Source: Carpediemonas membranifera BICM
Lineage: Eukaryota; Protista; Fornicata
Length of the DNA: 64,000 nt
Direction of reading: 5' to 3'
Assembly (NCBI GenBank): GCA_019828565.1
Contig: JAHDYR010000012.1
Span: 1,233,680-1,297,679, forward strand
The first letter of the stretch is position 1. Every line of letters begins with the position of its first letter. The translations under genes and the position numbers were made by a program. Positions 21,580-34,200 of this stretch are shown one piece after another. The notes below the pieces were generated by a model. The model had not been told where the DNA came from, made no database searches, and saw nothing but the letters and a program-made list of their open reading frames with translations.

Positions 21580-24522
21580 CTAAATCATCTTGTGCTCGAG
21601 TGCGTCTATGGCCATGCCCGACAGCTCGACGACATCCGCCCTGCCCAGGTCTATGTCGATGGGCATGTCTGGGTCAAAGACGCTGATAGAGTCAGCAAAA
21701 GAAACCCGCTTCACCCTCACGGCCGAGGGCACTAGATCAGCCTTTTCCTCGGGCACACTGGCGTTGCTGTCCTTGACGGTATTCTTTCTGCGATCGGCCA
21801 GCTGCCGGAGCGTGGACACATCGATGTCGCATGCAATGACGCCGACGGCCATACCGACGACGATCATGCCCATGAGGGCGGTGAAGGTGAAGAGCTCCTC
21901 GTAGTCGGAGTCGCGGTCCCAGTAGTGGTACATCAGCCGCAGCGCCGTGTGGAACGACGTGAACATCACGAACGGCACGAACAGCGTCACGAACCCGGTG
22001 TGTCGCAGGGTGGCGAGGACGGCGTCGACGTGGGTCGGCTCGAGGGTGTCGGGGGTAACCGTCGTTGGGCCGTCGAGCTTCGTGCGGAGGAGGGACGTCG
22101 GGAAGCGGGTCTGGGCGCCCGTGAACATGAGCACGGTCGTCACGATGAGGATGCCGAACTTGTGCAGCACCATGAGGGCCACGGAGAGCGTCGGCAGGGC
22201 GTTGTCGGTGCGGAGTCCGATGCGACCCGACGGTGGGTAGAAGGAGAGCGACAGCTTCTCGCCGACGGGGACGTTGACGAGTGTCACGGCGAAGTCAAAG
22301 AACGCCAGCAGCAGCGCCCACGCCACGAGAAGCACGAACGGGGTGGTGAAAGCGGTGTGGGAGGCGCTGAGCTGCTTCGTGTCGCGGAGAACCTCAGGGA
22401 CTACGAGCTGCCATCTGACGAGGACGAGGAGCAGCAGGACGTGCTTGGCGGGGGAGTGGATCGAGAGCAGGAAGACGAGCAGGGCCGCGGGGACGACCAG
22501 GTCGTGGGGGCGGGGACGGAGGGCGCAGGAGACGGCGACGAGGGCGACGACGGCGAGGTAGGCCCCGAGGGCTATGACGCTGACGCCCCACGTGCCGACG
22601 TACTGGGCGTCTATCTCCCTGGTGGCGGCGTACACGGAGGAGATGAGCGCCCCGGCCGCGGTGACAGCGATCTGGACCATGACGGCGACGGGCATGTCGA
22701 CGAGGAGGCCGAGGCCGGGGATGTAGTTGTACCGGCCCAGTGGAGTGTGGGCGAGGGGTGCGGCCAGCAGGGCGCGGGCCACGGGGTTGGATGGGCGCAT
22801 GGCGCCGCCGTCCTTCACGACGAAGAAGGTGTGGATGAAGGTGACAGACGCCCAGCAGAGGAAGGCCACCGACACGAGCAGGCGGGCCGGGAACAGGTCG
22901 AGCATGGCGTCGAGGGCGTCGTTCCCGCCGTTGTTGATGCCGAGGGACGGCACGAGCAGGTTAAGGACGAACGTCAGCATGACAGAGAGGACGAGAAGCC
23001 GGATGACCCGGACGGGCTTGTCCGCGGGGACGTCACTGGGCCGTGCGACGAGGAGGAAGACGGCGCACAGGGCGACGAGGGGCTCGACCGAGAGGACAAC
23101 AGGGAGAGAGTCGCCTGACACGACCTGGGCGGCGGGCAGCATGGGCACGAGGATGACCATGACGAGGGCGGCGACGGGGACCAGGGCCCACAGCCCGAGG
23201 TGGGCGGGGCGGTTGGCGAAGATGAAGAAGCCGTACGCGGCCAGGACGACGCACAGCCAGACGATGTCGGCGTAGGGGAAGGGCGACACGGCCGACAGCG
23301 CCGACCTGGCCCCGACGAGGCCGTTGTAGACGGCGTCCATGTCGACCGGGAGGGCGTCGGCGTCCACCACGACATCAGGGATGGAGGCATCGATGATGGC
23401 CTGCAGAGGCGTGCGGACGGACTTGCCGAGCCTGACCCCGCGGACCTTGGCGTGGTCCATCATCTGCCGGGCCGCCAGACGGTAGGTCTTAAACTGCGCC
23501 ATGATACCCTCGGGGGTCTTGCCGAAGTTCTGGCCGGGGACGCCGATGGATGCTTCTGGGATGCTGGTGTTGGCCATGAAGGATGCGACCGTGGCAGCGA
23601 CGTCGGACACGTCAAACCAGGCCTCCTGGACGGTGGGCAGGCGGGGGTTGTAGAAGATGAAGTAGCCGCTGTTGCCGTCCTTTGTGATGCCGTGGATGAT
23701 GGTCCCGCCGGGTCCCTCGTCGACGCCGTGGTCCGAGGAGATGACGAGGAGGTACTCGGGGTGCTCGTCGACCCAGGCCTTCAGCAGGTTGTGGTCGTCC
23801 ATCGAGAGCTTGCCCATGTGGACGGTGCGGCGGTCCCAGCGGGGGTAGGTGTGCATCTCGTGGTCGAACACGGCGCTGTGGGCGATCAGAGACTGGTTGT
23901 GGCCGTTGACGTCATCCAGGTAGGCGTACAGCAGCTTCTTGCGCTGCTCCACTGTGTTGTCAGTGATCCCGAAGATGCCCGGGTACGGCCGGGTGTAGGG
24001 CACCGTGTGGATCTCGGGGTAGAAGTCCGTCTGCTCGAACAGCGCGCCATAGTTCTCCCGGCCATTCAGCAGGGCGAAGGACCACTCAGGGCCGTGATAG
24101 CGTACCTTGTGGCCGCCGCGGGCCAGGGCGGCAGTGATGGTGTCCATCGAGACAGTTTCGGCTCCGATGTTGTAGGGGTAACGGCCGACGAGCCAGCCGC
24201 TGTAGACGGTGTGGGAGTACTTCAAGCCCGGGATGTAGGTGCAGAGCCGGTTGGAGTGGGTGTTGTATACCTCGTCGAACGATTCGTTGGCGAAGTTGCG
24301 GGGGTGTCCGTCAGTGATGAACCAGAGGATCTTGTCGAAGCGGAAATCATGGTTGCATTCGGCATAGTTCGCTGTATCAGAGCAGAACTCGTTGATCTTT
24401 CCCTCAACGTCGGGCGAGCCGCTTGTGAAGGTGCTGATGTCCCGGGTGAGAAACAGGAGCGCTATCAGTGCAAACAGCACGCCTAAAACTATACGTATGA
24501 TCTTGGAGGCCAGGAGCGTCAT
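21580..24522 (-). CDS. Alkaline-phosphatase-superfamily membrane protein, GPI ethanolamine-phosphate transferase-like
   Basis: N-terminal TM, FITDG, DHEMH, SSDHG..HG metal motifs, then many TM helices. Confidence 0.7.
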   Translation of the reverse strand: MTLLASKIIRIVLGVLFALIALLFLTRDISTFTSGSPDVEGKINEFCSDTANYAECNHDFRFDKILWFITDGHPRNFANESFDEVYNTHSNRLCTYIPGLKYSHTVYSGWLVGRYPYNIGAETVSMDTITAALARGGHKVRYHGPEWSFALLNGRENYGALFEQTDFYPEIHTVPYTRPYPGIFGITDNTVEQRKKLLYAYLDDVNGHNQSLIAHSAVFDHEMHTYPRWDRRTVHMGKLSMDDHNLLKAWVDEHPEYLLVISSDHGVDEGPGGTIIHGITKDGNSGYFIFYNPRLPTVQEAWFDVSDVAATVASFMANTSIPEASIGVPGQNFGKTPEGIMAQFKTYRLAARQMMDHAKVRGVRLGKSVRTPLQAIIDASIPDVVVDADALPVDMDAVYNGLVGARSALSAVSPFPYADIVWLCVVLAAYGFFIFANRPAHLGLWALVPVAALVMVILVPMLPAAQVVSGDSLPVVLSVEPLVALCAVFLLVARPSDVPADKPVRVIRLLVLSVMLTFVLNLLVPSLGINNGGNDALDAMLDLFPARLLVSVAFLCWASVTFIHTFFVVKDGGAMRPSNPVARALLAAPLAHTPLGRYNYIPGLGLLVDMPVAVMVQIAVTAAGALISSVYAATREIDAQYVGTWGVSVIALGAYLAVVALVAVSCALRPRPHDLVVPAALLVFLLSIHSPAKHVLLLLVLVRWQLVVPEVLRDTKQLSASHTAFTTPFVLLVAWALLLAFFDFAVTLVNVPVGEKLSLSFYPPSGRIGLRTDNALPTLSVALMVLHKFGILIVTTVLMFTGAQTRFPTSLLRTKLDGPTTVTPDTLEPTHVDAVLATLRHTGFVTLFVPFVMFTSFHTALRLMYHYWDRDSDYEELFTFTALMGMIVVGMAVGVIACDIDVSTLRQLADRRKNTVKDSNASVPEEKADLVPSAVRVKRVSFADSISVFDPDMPIDIDLGRADVVELSGMAIDALEHKMI

Positions 24523-24779
24523 TCAACTGTCCAGCTCCTCCGACACTCTCGTGGAACCAACTCGGCGATGTCACCAAATCTGCCCGACTGGGCGATCGAC
24601 AGTAATGACAGCTGTAGATGTGTCATTCACCTCCCCCCAAGTCCGCGGAGGTACTCGGATCGGGCCTATCAATTGCTCTTGAGTCAGTGCAGTTTAAGGT
24701 TTCTGAAATCTGTTTCTGTGAATCATTTCACGGCGATTACACAACGACTGCCCTCGCCATGAACCCAGTTCTTTACCCG

Positions 24780-26297
24780 TTAATCAAGATAAGAGTGTGA
24801 GTTGAGCCAGAAGGAGATGCCCTCCTCCCGGAACCCGGCCTGGGCAGGGCAGGAGCCAGCTGTGTACAGATGGTCGTTCCCATTGTAGCAGCGTCTGATG
24901 GGGATCATGGACCCGGCCTGCTGACTGGGCCAGACCCAGCCGACCCCGCCGGGCCCGCCCTCCTGTTCATAGCCGTTGCGGCACGCCAGCTGGAGCTCAG
25001 GATAAGAGGTGGTGAAGAAGTGGTCGCCGTTGTGGGGCCGGAAGGCGCGGTACAGAGGCACGGTGCCCAGGACGTTGGTCTGGGGGGAGTAGCCCAGCAC
25101 GCCCTCGAGAGTGTAGTCAGGCTTGTTGTGGGTGCAGCCCAGCTCACTCGTGCTGAACAGAACCATGTGGTCGAGGTAGCCCCGCGTGTGGGCGTACCGG
25201 TACACGGGCGACAGCGTACGCATGTGCAGATTAGCCGCCTCCCGCTGCAGCGCGGCGTAGTTGCGGCCCATGTAGTCGTCTATGGCCGCCTTGAGCCCGG
25301 CCCGGACTGTGGGATTGCCGACCTGGGTCCAGATGGGAATGACCGTGGCATCTGTCACCACAGGGTCGGATTCGAACGAGGCTGAGCGGCGGGGCCAGTC
25401 GGGGAACTCGGGGTTGCCGCCCTTCAAGTCCACGACGCCCAGGGACCGATGTTCGATGTACTCGGTGTGGGTTGGCGGGTTGCCCCTCGAGCCGGGGACG
25501 AGAGTGTTAAGGAGCTCGGCCTCGCTGTTCTGGGTCATGTCGTAGTCGGTGAAGCCAGCGCAGAAGGCGATATTCTGCACAATGGCGTCCTGTTCGGCTA
25601 TACCGCCGTAAATGGCCGAGATAACGGCGTGAGTACCGAAATAACTGATAAAAGCGTCAAAGTTGGCTCTGGTAGGCGCAGTAGCCAGATAATCGAATGC
25701 CGCAGACAGATAGGGGCTCAATGGGGCATCGTTGGGCAGGCTGACCTGGAACGACTGGACAGCAACACGAGAGTGGGAGAACTTAGTCAGGTCCTTGAAA
25801 GTGGAGGCATAGAAGTTCAGCATGTTGGGGCGGGTGGCATACAGGCCGCCCCGAACCCCGCCGAGTGCCGGAGAGTTTGAGTTAGCGGGGAATGAGAGGG
25901 AGCGCAGGAAGGGGCCGAGGCTGTCGAACGAGTTCGACTCGGGGACGACGCGGTTACCCAGGAAAGAAACCGCCTGGTTGTCGGGGAACATCCAGCCGTT
26001 GACGACGTGGCCGCTGTCGTAGGTGATGGAGAAGAGGGGCATGGTAGAGCTGCCCGTCACAATATCCCAGCCGACACCAGCCACGGCGGGGCTGGGAATG
26101 GCGTTGGTAGCATCGTTGGGCAGTTCAAAGCCGTTTCCACACTTGAAGGATGTGAAACTGTTGTAACGACCGCCAGTCTTCGCACAAGCGTCGGAACGCA
26201 GCTGATTGGCATAGCCCTGAAGGCCTCCGCCCAGAACTGAGCCTGGGAAGGTAGTTAGCACAGCAATAATCAGTGAGAAGAGCAGAATGACGCGCAT
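24780..26297 (-). CDS. Secreted MACPF/perforin-like protein with C-terminal PLYR..DH..T repeats
   Basis: Signal peptide; MACPF signature YFGTHAVISAIYGG; GxGWD near the N-terminus; three xYR...DH repeats. Confidence 0.85.
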   Translation of the reverse strand: MRVILLFSLIIAVLTTFPGSVLGGGLQGYANQLRSDACAKTGGRYNSFTSFKCGNGFELPNDATNAIPSPAVAGVGWDIVTGSSTMPLFSITYDSGHVVNGWMFPDNQAVSFLGNRVVPESNSFDSLGPFLRSLSFPANSNSPALGGVRGGLYATRPNMLNFYASTFKDLTKFSHSRVAVQSFQVSLPNDAPLSPYLSAAFDYLATAPTRANFDAFISYFGTHAVISAIYGGIAEQDAIVQNIAFCAGFTDYDMTQNSEAELLNTLVPGSRGNPPTHTEYIEHRSLGVVDLKGGNPEFPDWPRRSASFESDPVVTDATVIPIWTQVGNPTVRAGLKAAIDDYMGRNYAALQREAANLHMRTLSPVYRYAHTRGYLDHMVLFSTSELGCTHNKPDYTLEGVLGYSPQTNVLGTVPLYRAFRPHNGDHFFTTSYPELQLACRNGYEQEGGPGGVGWVWPSQQAGSMIPIRRCYNGNDHLYTAGSCPAQAGFREEGISFWLNSHSYLD

Positions 26298-26549
26298 AAG
26301 GCCCTCCTTGTCGACTTATCGATGACGGAAAATTGTGGCCACGAGTTGAAGCCGTCATTCTTGGTCGGTCTTGCCACACTGGAGGCTGTCCTGGATTATT
26401 GATCATCCTCTGCCTGGCTGCCATCGTCAGTGCATGTGCAACATAAAATGAAACCAAGCCCGACTCCGCAGGACCCCTGCCTGTGCAATCGGCTACACGC
26501 CCTCACGCTCCCTTGAGTAATTTAATCGCGTCTATGTTCATCATGACAA

Positions 26550-29223
26550 CTAATTCTTGACAAACGGGATGTTGTCCAAGGTCGGCGGGGCAATTTTCCC
26601 CAGCGGCGGCAAGGTGGGTCGACCTGGGATGGCAGGCAGCCGCGGACCGAGCCCAACTGGGGTGTTCAGCGCGCTGACAGTGTCGCCGAGGACGCTGCTG
26701 GGCGGCGTGTCCTTGGGCAAGCTGACTCCGACGTTGACCGGGGGCAGGAGCGGGGGCTTCACAGTCTCCGGCAGCTGTGCCGGCGTGGTGGTCTCGAGGC
26801 GCTTGTCCCTGGCCTTGGTTCTCCTGTCCCTTTTGCCCTTCTTGCTCTTCCGTGTGCGGAATAGGGTGATGCCGATGGGGGCACCAACCAGGACAACGGC
26901 GCAGTCGACTATGACCACCAATGTTATCAGCCCTACGACGGCCAGGACAACAACGCCAACCGCCACCGCCGCTACAATGGTCCCTATGGACGAGCTCGAG
27001 CTGGTCTGGTCAGGGGTGGACGTGGCGATGACGGTGGCCCCGAATGTCGCCTCGATCGTGGAGGAGGACATGACGTCGTCGAACGGCATAGCTGTGTCGC
27101 CGCAGACGAGTCCTGTCACCAGGGCGAGCGTGAGCGGCGTCCCGTCGACGCTTATCGTCACCAGACTCGTGCTAGAGAAGGCCACGTCGGCCAGGCCGAG
27201 GCAGACGATTCCATCTGTTTCATCACTGGATGCGGCAGCGACGGTGGTAAAGTAGGGGGCGAGATTCGTGATGTTCTCGGAGCTGAGCGCAGCACTGGCA
27301 GTGCAGGTGACTGTGCCCGAGTTGGCGTCGAGTCCCAGCAGCGTAACGGAAGTGTGTGATGACCAGCCAACGGTGTCGACCTCGAATGCATCTGGGCAGA
27401 CGGTGCCCAACTGTGTGGCAGTCAGGGTCAGACCGTCCAGGGTGACCGTCGGGTCGACCGCAATGTCGTCTGGTACAATGACGGTGGCGGTCTCGACAAG
27501 CGCGCCGAACGTCATGGCCACGGTGTACTCTCCCTTGGCGATCTCGCCATCCGAAGGGACGATGATCGGGACCACATAGGTCAGCCCATTGTCGTGGAGC
27601 ACGGCGCAGTTCACGCCGTCGATTGTCGCTGAGTCAAGCGGTGTCGTCATCACCGTCGCATTGACCGTCATAACGTCCCCAGTGTCCATAACGTAGCCGG
27701 TGCAGGCCGTGTGCGGCTCCCCGTCGGCCGGCGTGCTCGTCAGAGGTTCACATGCCGTGCACCCAGCCTGCCCCGGGTCCGATGAGTACCACCCGTCGTC
27801 GCAGGGCCGCTGCTTGGTGTGGTCGGAGGGGTCGACGAACCACCCCGCCGTCGCCGCACTCGGTGCTGCCGGTGACGTTCGTGTACGCCCCGTCATCCGT
27901 GCAGGCGACCTCGGTCCTGTAGTCGTCGCTGTAGGACCCGACTGCCGCGGGACTGCACGCCGTCTGGTTCCAAGCGGCGTACTCCCCGAGGGTGGAGCAG
28001 TCGACGCAAGCCCCGGCCGCGTTGTACGTCCCGGGCGGACAGTAGCCCCACTGGTTGTCGAAAAAGTAGACCATGTCGGTCCCAGTGGCCGCTGCGAGCA
28101 CGGTGTCGCCGTCGAGGGCCAGCTGGTACCCCAGATACTCGCTCACCGCGGCGTCCGACGACAGCAGGACCTCAGCCTCGGCCCACTCGCCCTGGGAGCG
28201 TCTGAACACTTGCACGATGCCGTTGGCTGCCCCGTTCCGAGGGGCGCCGTACGCACCGACGGCAATGACGTCCTCATGCACGGCCACGGATGCCCCGAAG
28301 AGGGACCCACCGACCGGGCCGTAGAAGACGCTGCTGCGGTCCCAGGCCACGTCGTCCCAGGCGTACACATAGGCGGCTCCGACCTGGTCGCCCGTGACGA
28401 ATGTACCGTCTGCCCCGACCACAATCGTATCTCCAGATATATCGACCGGCCAACCGAAGTAGGTGCCCGACGTCCTCTCCTTTGGGCCGAGGACCGCGTT
28501 GAACACCCAACCCGACCCGGTGTGCCGGTAAACAAAGGCCTGGCCGACCAGGGTGACACCGCTGACAGTCGCTCGGTCTGCCCCGACGACGAGGAAGTCA
28601 CCGTCGATGGCCACAGACCGGCCGAACCCGGCGCCCGACCCAAGGGCGTATGGGCTCAATACCTGTCTTTGGTCCCAACCCGATCCGGTGTTCTCGAAGA
28701 TGTAGACAGCGCCAGAAGCACTGTACTCTGGGCTGCCGATGACGATCGTGTCACCGCTAATGGCTACAGAATATCCAAACTGGTCGCCTGCTGCTGGTGT
28801 GTCGGCGATGAGCTTCGCTGTTGTCGACCACAGTGAGCCTACCTCCTCCATGATGAACACGGCGCCCGACCCAGCGACGGATGAATCCACGCCAAACGCC
28901 CCGATCACGATGGTCTCACCGTTAGTGGCGATCGAATGCGCGAAGCCGTGCATGAGGTCGGCTGTTGGCAGCAAAATCTCTTCCTGAAATGACCAGAGCG
29001 GATCTGAAGTCCTCTCGTAGCGATACAATGTACCAATGTCTGATACGTCTTCTGTAGACTGGCCAAAGAGGGCCATGTCGCCGTGTACGACCATACCAAC
29101 GCCAAACTTACTCCCTGCCACAGGAGAGTTTGATACGAAGCGCTGGGTCTCCGTGATATCGATTACACTTGCGGAAACTGCTCCTATCAGGAGCAAAATT
29201 GCCCACGCAGCCCCAGACTGCAT
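26550..29223 (-). pseudogene. Type I surface protein with FG-GAP propeller and Cys-rich repeats, frameshifted near 27855
   Basis: Repeated FGxSVAIxGDxIVxGA...GAVYIF; Cys repeats continue in another frame to a TM helix and basic stop-transfer; no splice signals at the shift. Confidence 0.75.
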
Positions 29224-29467
29224 ATTCTGACAAAACTCGCAGTTTACGATTTTTCTCGATTGTGCGTCGACAAGGTATACGGGTTCCAAGAGGCCCTGCA
29301 CCGAGGCGGCTGACCCCTTGCCTGTCCCACAATACGATTTTGTGGTTTTAATTCTACACTGCCCGATATCCGAACAATGGGCATGGTAGTCAGCGCTCAG
29401 TTGCTCCTGATATACATTTATAACACATGTGGTTTATATGTTACATGAGAGAGTAATAATCGTACAA

Positions 29468-30979
29468 TCACCAGTACCGCCTGGAATTGCCCACCGGCGG
29501 CAGGGTAGGGGACTGGAACACCCGCCCGTTCGACGCCCGGAGCGACGTGGGCGTGTCGAGCGGCGGTATGTTGAGCATCGAGGGCGTCGCCATGTTATCG
29601 CCACCCCGCGGCGTGGCGGGTGCCCTCGGTCCGGTGTAGACGTCCCGGGCGGTGGGGGTGAAGGGCGACGCGACGCCGCCTGTGCCGAAATCAGACGAGG
29701 CGCTCATCGCCGGTGTCAACTCGTCACCGCTGCCTGTGCGAAGGTGCCTCGGCCGCGCCCTGTTGCGGCGGGACTGGGACCGCACGGTGGCCTCCGACGA
29801 CGGCGGGGCGGGTGAGAGGGGCTTGGCCCTGGGCGACTGCTGCGGCGTCTTGAGTCTGCGGACCATTTCCATGCCGTCCTCCTCCTCGGGCTCCATTACA
29901 ATGGGCGTCACCGCCCGCTCGAGTTGCATCGACGCCGTCCGGTCCCGTCCGAGGTCGACGGCCTCCACCTGCTCGACCACAGGCCCCTCCAGCAGCATCG
30001 GGTGGCGGGGGTAGGCCGGGCTGACGTCCTCGAGCTCCATGCCCATGTCCATGACCGGGGCCGGGGCCGGGTCGGCGGGCTGGGGGCCTGGGTGCTGGGC
30101 CTCCAGGTCTTCAGCCTGTCTATGTCTGCTCACCCGCTCCTGCTGCTCCGCCAGCCTCCGCATCTTCTTCGGGTGGACCGGCTCGCCCGTGTCCGGGTGT
30201 CGAGGCCATGTCGACTCCCGCTCCCTCCGACGTCGCCTGGCGCGGCGAACAAGGAACCGAGGCAGGAAATACGGCCAGCATATGATCTTGAAAGCGTACT
30301 GTGCCCCGAAGAGGAGGGCGACGTCGATGTGGGCAATGAAGGCGCACATGGAAATAACACCCCAGAGGCCGGTCTTGCCGAGGAACAGGGCGGCCAGACC
30401 GACTTTCTCGGCCCCCCAGCCGAGTATGGTGAGAATGTACACGTGCCAGGAGACGAGGATGTCGAGGGTTTTCCAGATGACTACGAACGTGAGCTTGCCG
30501 AACAGCACCGTGGCCATGCAGACACACAGACAGAAGCACGTCATCAGTAGGAGCAGCAGGACGGACGTCGCGAGGATGGCTCCCCGATAAATGATGTCTT
30601 CGACCTCCTCGGAGACTGACGGGATGTCTGGGAGCCCGAGCGCCGCGGGAACGGCACCTATCCAGCCATCTAGCGTGTAACTGAAGACAGTGGATGTGTT
30701 TGTGCAGTGTATATGAGCCACGCCGTCGGCATTCTCCATCGTTTCAACCGAGGGGAGAATCGCGGTTTCAACCAGCCGCCAATCACTGCCATTGCGGGAA
30801 AATACCTCTATATGTGTCGTATTCGAGTCTATAGGACACGCTAAAACAGTCTGATTCTCTGAAAGCGAAACAGCAAGCGCGTTCAACGAAGAATCAAGCG
30901 AAGTGCACACCGGGGTGTCCGTCGGCGCACAAAACGCAAGCGATCCAAGTAACGCCAGTAATGCCGCGTACAACAGCAT
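29468..30979 (-). CDS. Hypothetical membrane protein
   Basis: Signal peptide MLLYAALLALL, hydrophobic segments, Arg-rich stretch and disordered tail. Confidence 0.65.
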   Translation of the reverse strand: MLLYAALLALLGSLAFCAPTDTPVCTSLDSSLNALAVSLSENQTVLACPIDSNTTHIEVFSRNGSDWRLVETAILPSVETMENADGVAHIHCTNTSTVFSYTLDGWIGAVPAALGLPDIPSVSEEVEDIIYRGAILATSVLLLLLMTCFCLCVCMATVLFGKLTFVVIWKTLDILVSWHVYILTILGWGAEKVGLAALFLGKTGLWGVISMCAFIAHIDVALLFGAQYAFKIICWPYFLPRFLVRRARRRRRERESTWPRHPDTGEPVHPKKMRRLAEQQERVSRHRQAEDLEAQHPGPQPADPAPAPVMDMGMELEDVSPAYPRHPMLLEGPVVEQVEAVDLGRDRTASMQLERAVTPIVMEPEEEDGMEMVRRLKTPQQSPRAKPLSPAPPSSEATVRSQSRRNRARPRHLRTGSGDELTPAMSASSDFGTGGVASPFTPTARDVYTGPRAPATPRGGDNMATPSMLNIPPLDTPTSLRASNGRVFQSPTLPPVGNSRRYW

Positions 30980-31243
30980 TCGGGGTCCCAATACCCGAAC
31001 CTTCTGCTGCATCAAATGTTGCCACTGGATTTTCGTGAGCAAAAAAGTTCGATATTCGAAGCGGTATCTGCATGCGTCGTTCGAGCAGCAGTGCTGGGCG
31101 ACTGGATTGACTCGCTGAGCATCCGAGTTGGGGCAAAGCACGGTCTGCCCAACCTTATTGAGTATTCTGCACACGCCGGCTTTATGTTAACCATGCCATC
31201 AGCTATATCCTGATAAAATGTGTCATATACACGATAGATACAC

Positions 31244-34200
31244 TCATCGCCCCCTGATCCTCCTCACAATCGCCCTGAAGTCGACATCACTGTCGCTGTC
31301 GCTCTCGGTCCCGCCCAGCGACTCGGTCCGGCACGGCCGGGGGCTGGCGTACTCGTCATTCCACTCCAGTGTGGGCGGGTTGAACGGCGGGGATGCGAAC
31401 CCATCCAGCCTGTCGTCCAAGTCCTCCTCGTCATCCTCGTCGTTGTAGATGCCGGCCGCGTCGAAGTCCTCGAAGTCTGCATCGTCCCCGGCCACCTCCT
31501 CGTCGTCGTCGCCCTCTTCGAACTCTTCCCTGAGCTGCTCCAGAATGAGTCGATTCCTCGCATCCCGCTCATCTGCCGTCCTGCGACGCATTGATATGTA
31601 GTTGTCAGTCAGGCTAACCTGCGTCTTGGCTGGGGAGAGCACGGGCGTCAGGTTGCTAGTCCTTGGAGCTGACCCTGGCCGTCTCGGGATCACCTGCGGC
31701 CCGGGCTGGGGCCGGCCTGCGATGTCACGGAGCAGCAGGCTGTTGGACTCGGGAAGCTCCTTGCCCCCGACGTCGTCGATCTCGTCCAGGTCGTCGTCTG
31801 AGTCGTCGCTGTCGCTGTCATCCGGGATGTCCGAGTTGAACCCGTCCGCCATGTCCAACTCGTCTGCGAGTAGGGGCGCGTCGTCGTCGCCCTCGACGTC
31901 TGTGGCCACACGGTCTGCCCGCTCGGTCCGGCCTCGGAAGAGCGCCTCCTCGATGATCGGGCCCTCGCGCCACCTCAGATCGGGGTCAATGACGGTCAAG
32001 ATCGACTGCATCGCCAGGATCTGCGGTGGACCTGTAGACTGTCTGGATTTGGCAAAGGCCGGCGTGACCGCTCGAATGGATGAGAAGTGTGACAACCTGA
32101 TGCCGGATAACAGGGCCTGGGCTGTCTCGACCAACTTGTGGTTGTCACGGTCCTCCAGGGCCGTGACAAAGGGCGTTCCTGCCAGGATACGGCACTTCTC
32201 CGCAGCGGTCAAGAGATTCTGGTAATCGGATTCGGTGATCTCCTCCTCGCTCAGGGCTGCCGACGCAATGGCCTTGGCTGCCGTCGTTGCAGACAGCTTG
32301 ACGTCAGCCTTGTCCAGCGCCCTCAGCACCAGCGTCACAGGGATCTTCTTGAGCACCTCGACGCAGGCCGCGTGGAGCACGCCCCAGGTCGACGTCTCGA
32401 GCAGACGGACCGCGTGCTGGGCCGCGAGTTCCCAGTGCCCCGAGTCGATCGGGCGGGCTACCACCACGCCGTCGTCGTCGGGCTGGGTGAAGGCCCTGAA
32501 GACGACATCCGGCACGGGGTCATCCTCGAGCACGACGTCGAGCATGCCCTGCCCCATCAGGACGTCGACAGCAGCCGCCCGGACGGACTGGGAGTCATGC
32601 TTCAGGGCCCATGGGAAGAACGACCACAGACCCTCGGGCCACTCGTCGTCCGGCTGGGAGTCGAGCAGTTTAAGGATGGCAAGGGTGCGTGTGGGCGATC
32701 CCTCCATGCAGGTGGCCGCCAGCCATGCCAGCACGGCGCTGCGGTCGGGAAGTTCGTCTCTGGCGCACGCGATTGTCAGCTCCCACACGGAGGAGCGCAT
32801 AGTCGCGGGGTCGACGAGGGTCTCGAGCAGGGCCTCGACGTCCTCAGGGGCGACCCTGGTCATGAGCATCCGCAGGATATGGAAGGGCTCGTCGAGCGTC
32901 GAGTTCGGCAACCACTTGCAGCAGACCCGGACGAGCATGTCCCAGAGCCCCACGGCCTCATCCTCGGTCGTCCCAGGACTGGTCCGGGCACCCAGGTCGA
33001 GGAGGGTCAGGGCGCCGAGCAGGTGTTGGAACTGCAGCGGCGTCGGTGACGAGGAGGCTGCGGCCGCGGCGTGGATGGATGGTGCTGTGATGGCCAGGGC
33101 GTGCAGCATGGCGCCATCCCTGACATCGTCCGGCAGCCCCGATCGCCCCTCGGCCCTCTCCCTCAGGCTGGATAGCGCCTGGTACGCCGTGGTGAACAGC
33201 GTGTTGGCGTGGAGCATCAGCTCGCCCATGGCCGCCGCCCCAGTGACCGACAGCCCCCCGACCATGCCCAGCTGGGCCGCGAGATTCTCGTCTGCCGGCT
33301 CAAGCCGTCTGGCCGAGCTGGTCGACCCGGCAGCGGCTGGGCTGACAGGCCCGTAAACGGAGGGTGCCACAGGGACCTGAGATGCGCCGAGGATGCTACC
33401 GCTGGACGCTGGGACGAGCTGCAGTCGGGCGGAGACGTCGGCCAACACTGCGAGGACGTCGGCGGGGGGGATGCTGGGGCCGACCAGGGCAGGGCCGAGG
33501 ATCCGCAGGATAAGGTCCTTTGACTTCAGATTCGGGGCATGATCCAGGAGATCTGGCAATAGATCCTTGGTGAAGTCCGATACGGTGTGCGGTGAGAACT
33601 TGGCGACCGCCTCAATGGCCGCAGCGACCGCCCTGTACAGCCGATCCTTGTCCCCAGCGTCGTTGCACGTCGCGGTGGCCCTGACCAATGCTGCCCTGAG
33701 AGGTCCGGCCATGTGGTCCTCGGCCAGTGCCTCGGCGACGTCTACAGCTGTGAGCGAGTGGAGAGCCGAGGCGGTGAGGGCGAAGAGGGGCGTGTGGACC
33801 GCGACCGAGAGCAGGGTGCCGAGCACGGCGGGGCTGAGCAGCGGGATGACGTGCATGTCGAGGGTCGCCGAGGCCCGGTCGGGCAGGGCCCTCAGGGCGG
33901 GATCGGGGCTACTCTTCAGCTGGCCCAGCAGCTGGATGCACGCCAGCAGCAGCGGGCCCGCCGTACCCGGGTAGGACTCGGCCTCGCGCTCCATGAGCCG
34001 GACGAGGGCTTGGCACCCTGCGGTGTGGAACGCCTTGGGCCATGGCAACCCGGACACCAGCACCGCCATGGCGTCGGCCAGGGTGCTGTTGGGACCGCCC
34101 GCTGCGTCCACAAGATCTGCCAGTGCGGCCTGGTACAGCGCGGTGTCAGATGATGTGGCCACAACGTCGGCCATGATGAGTCGAGTCACAAGGCCGACCT

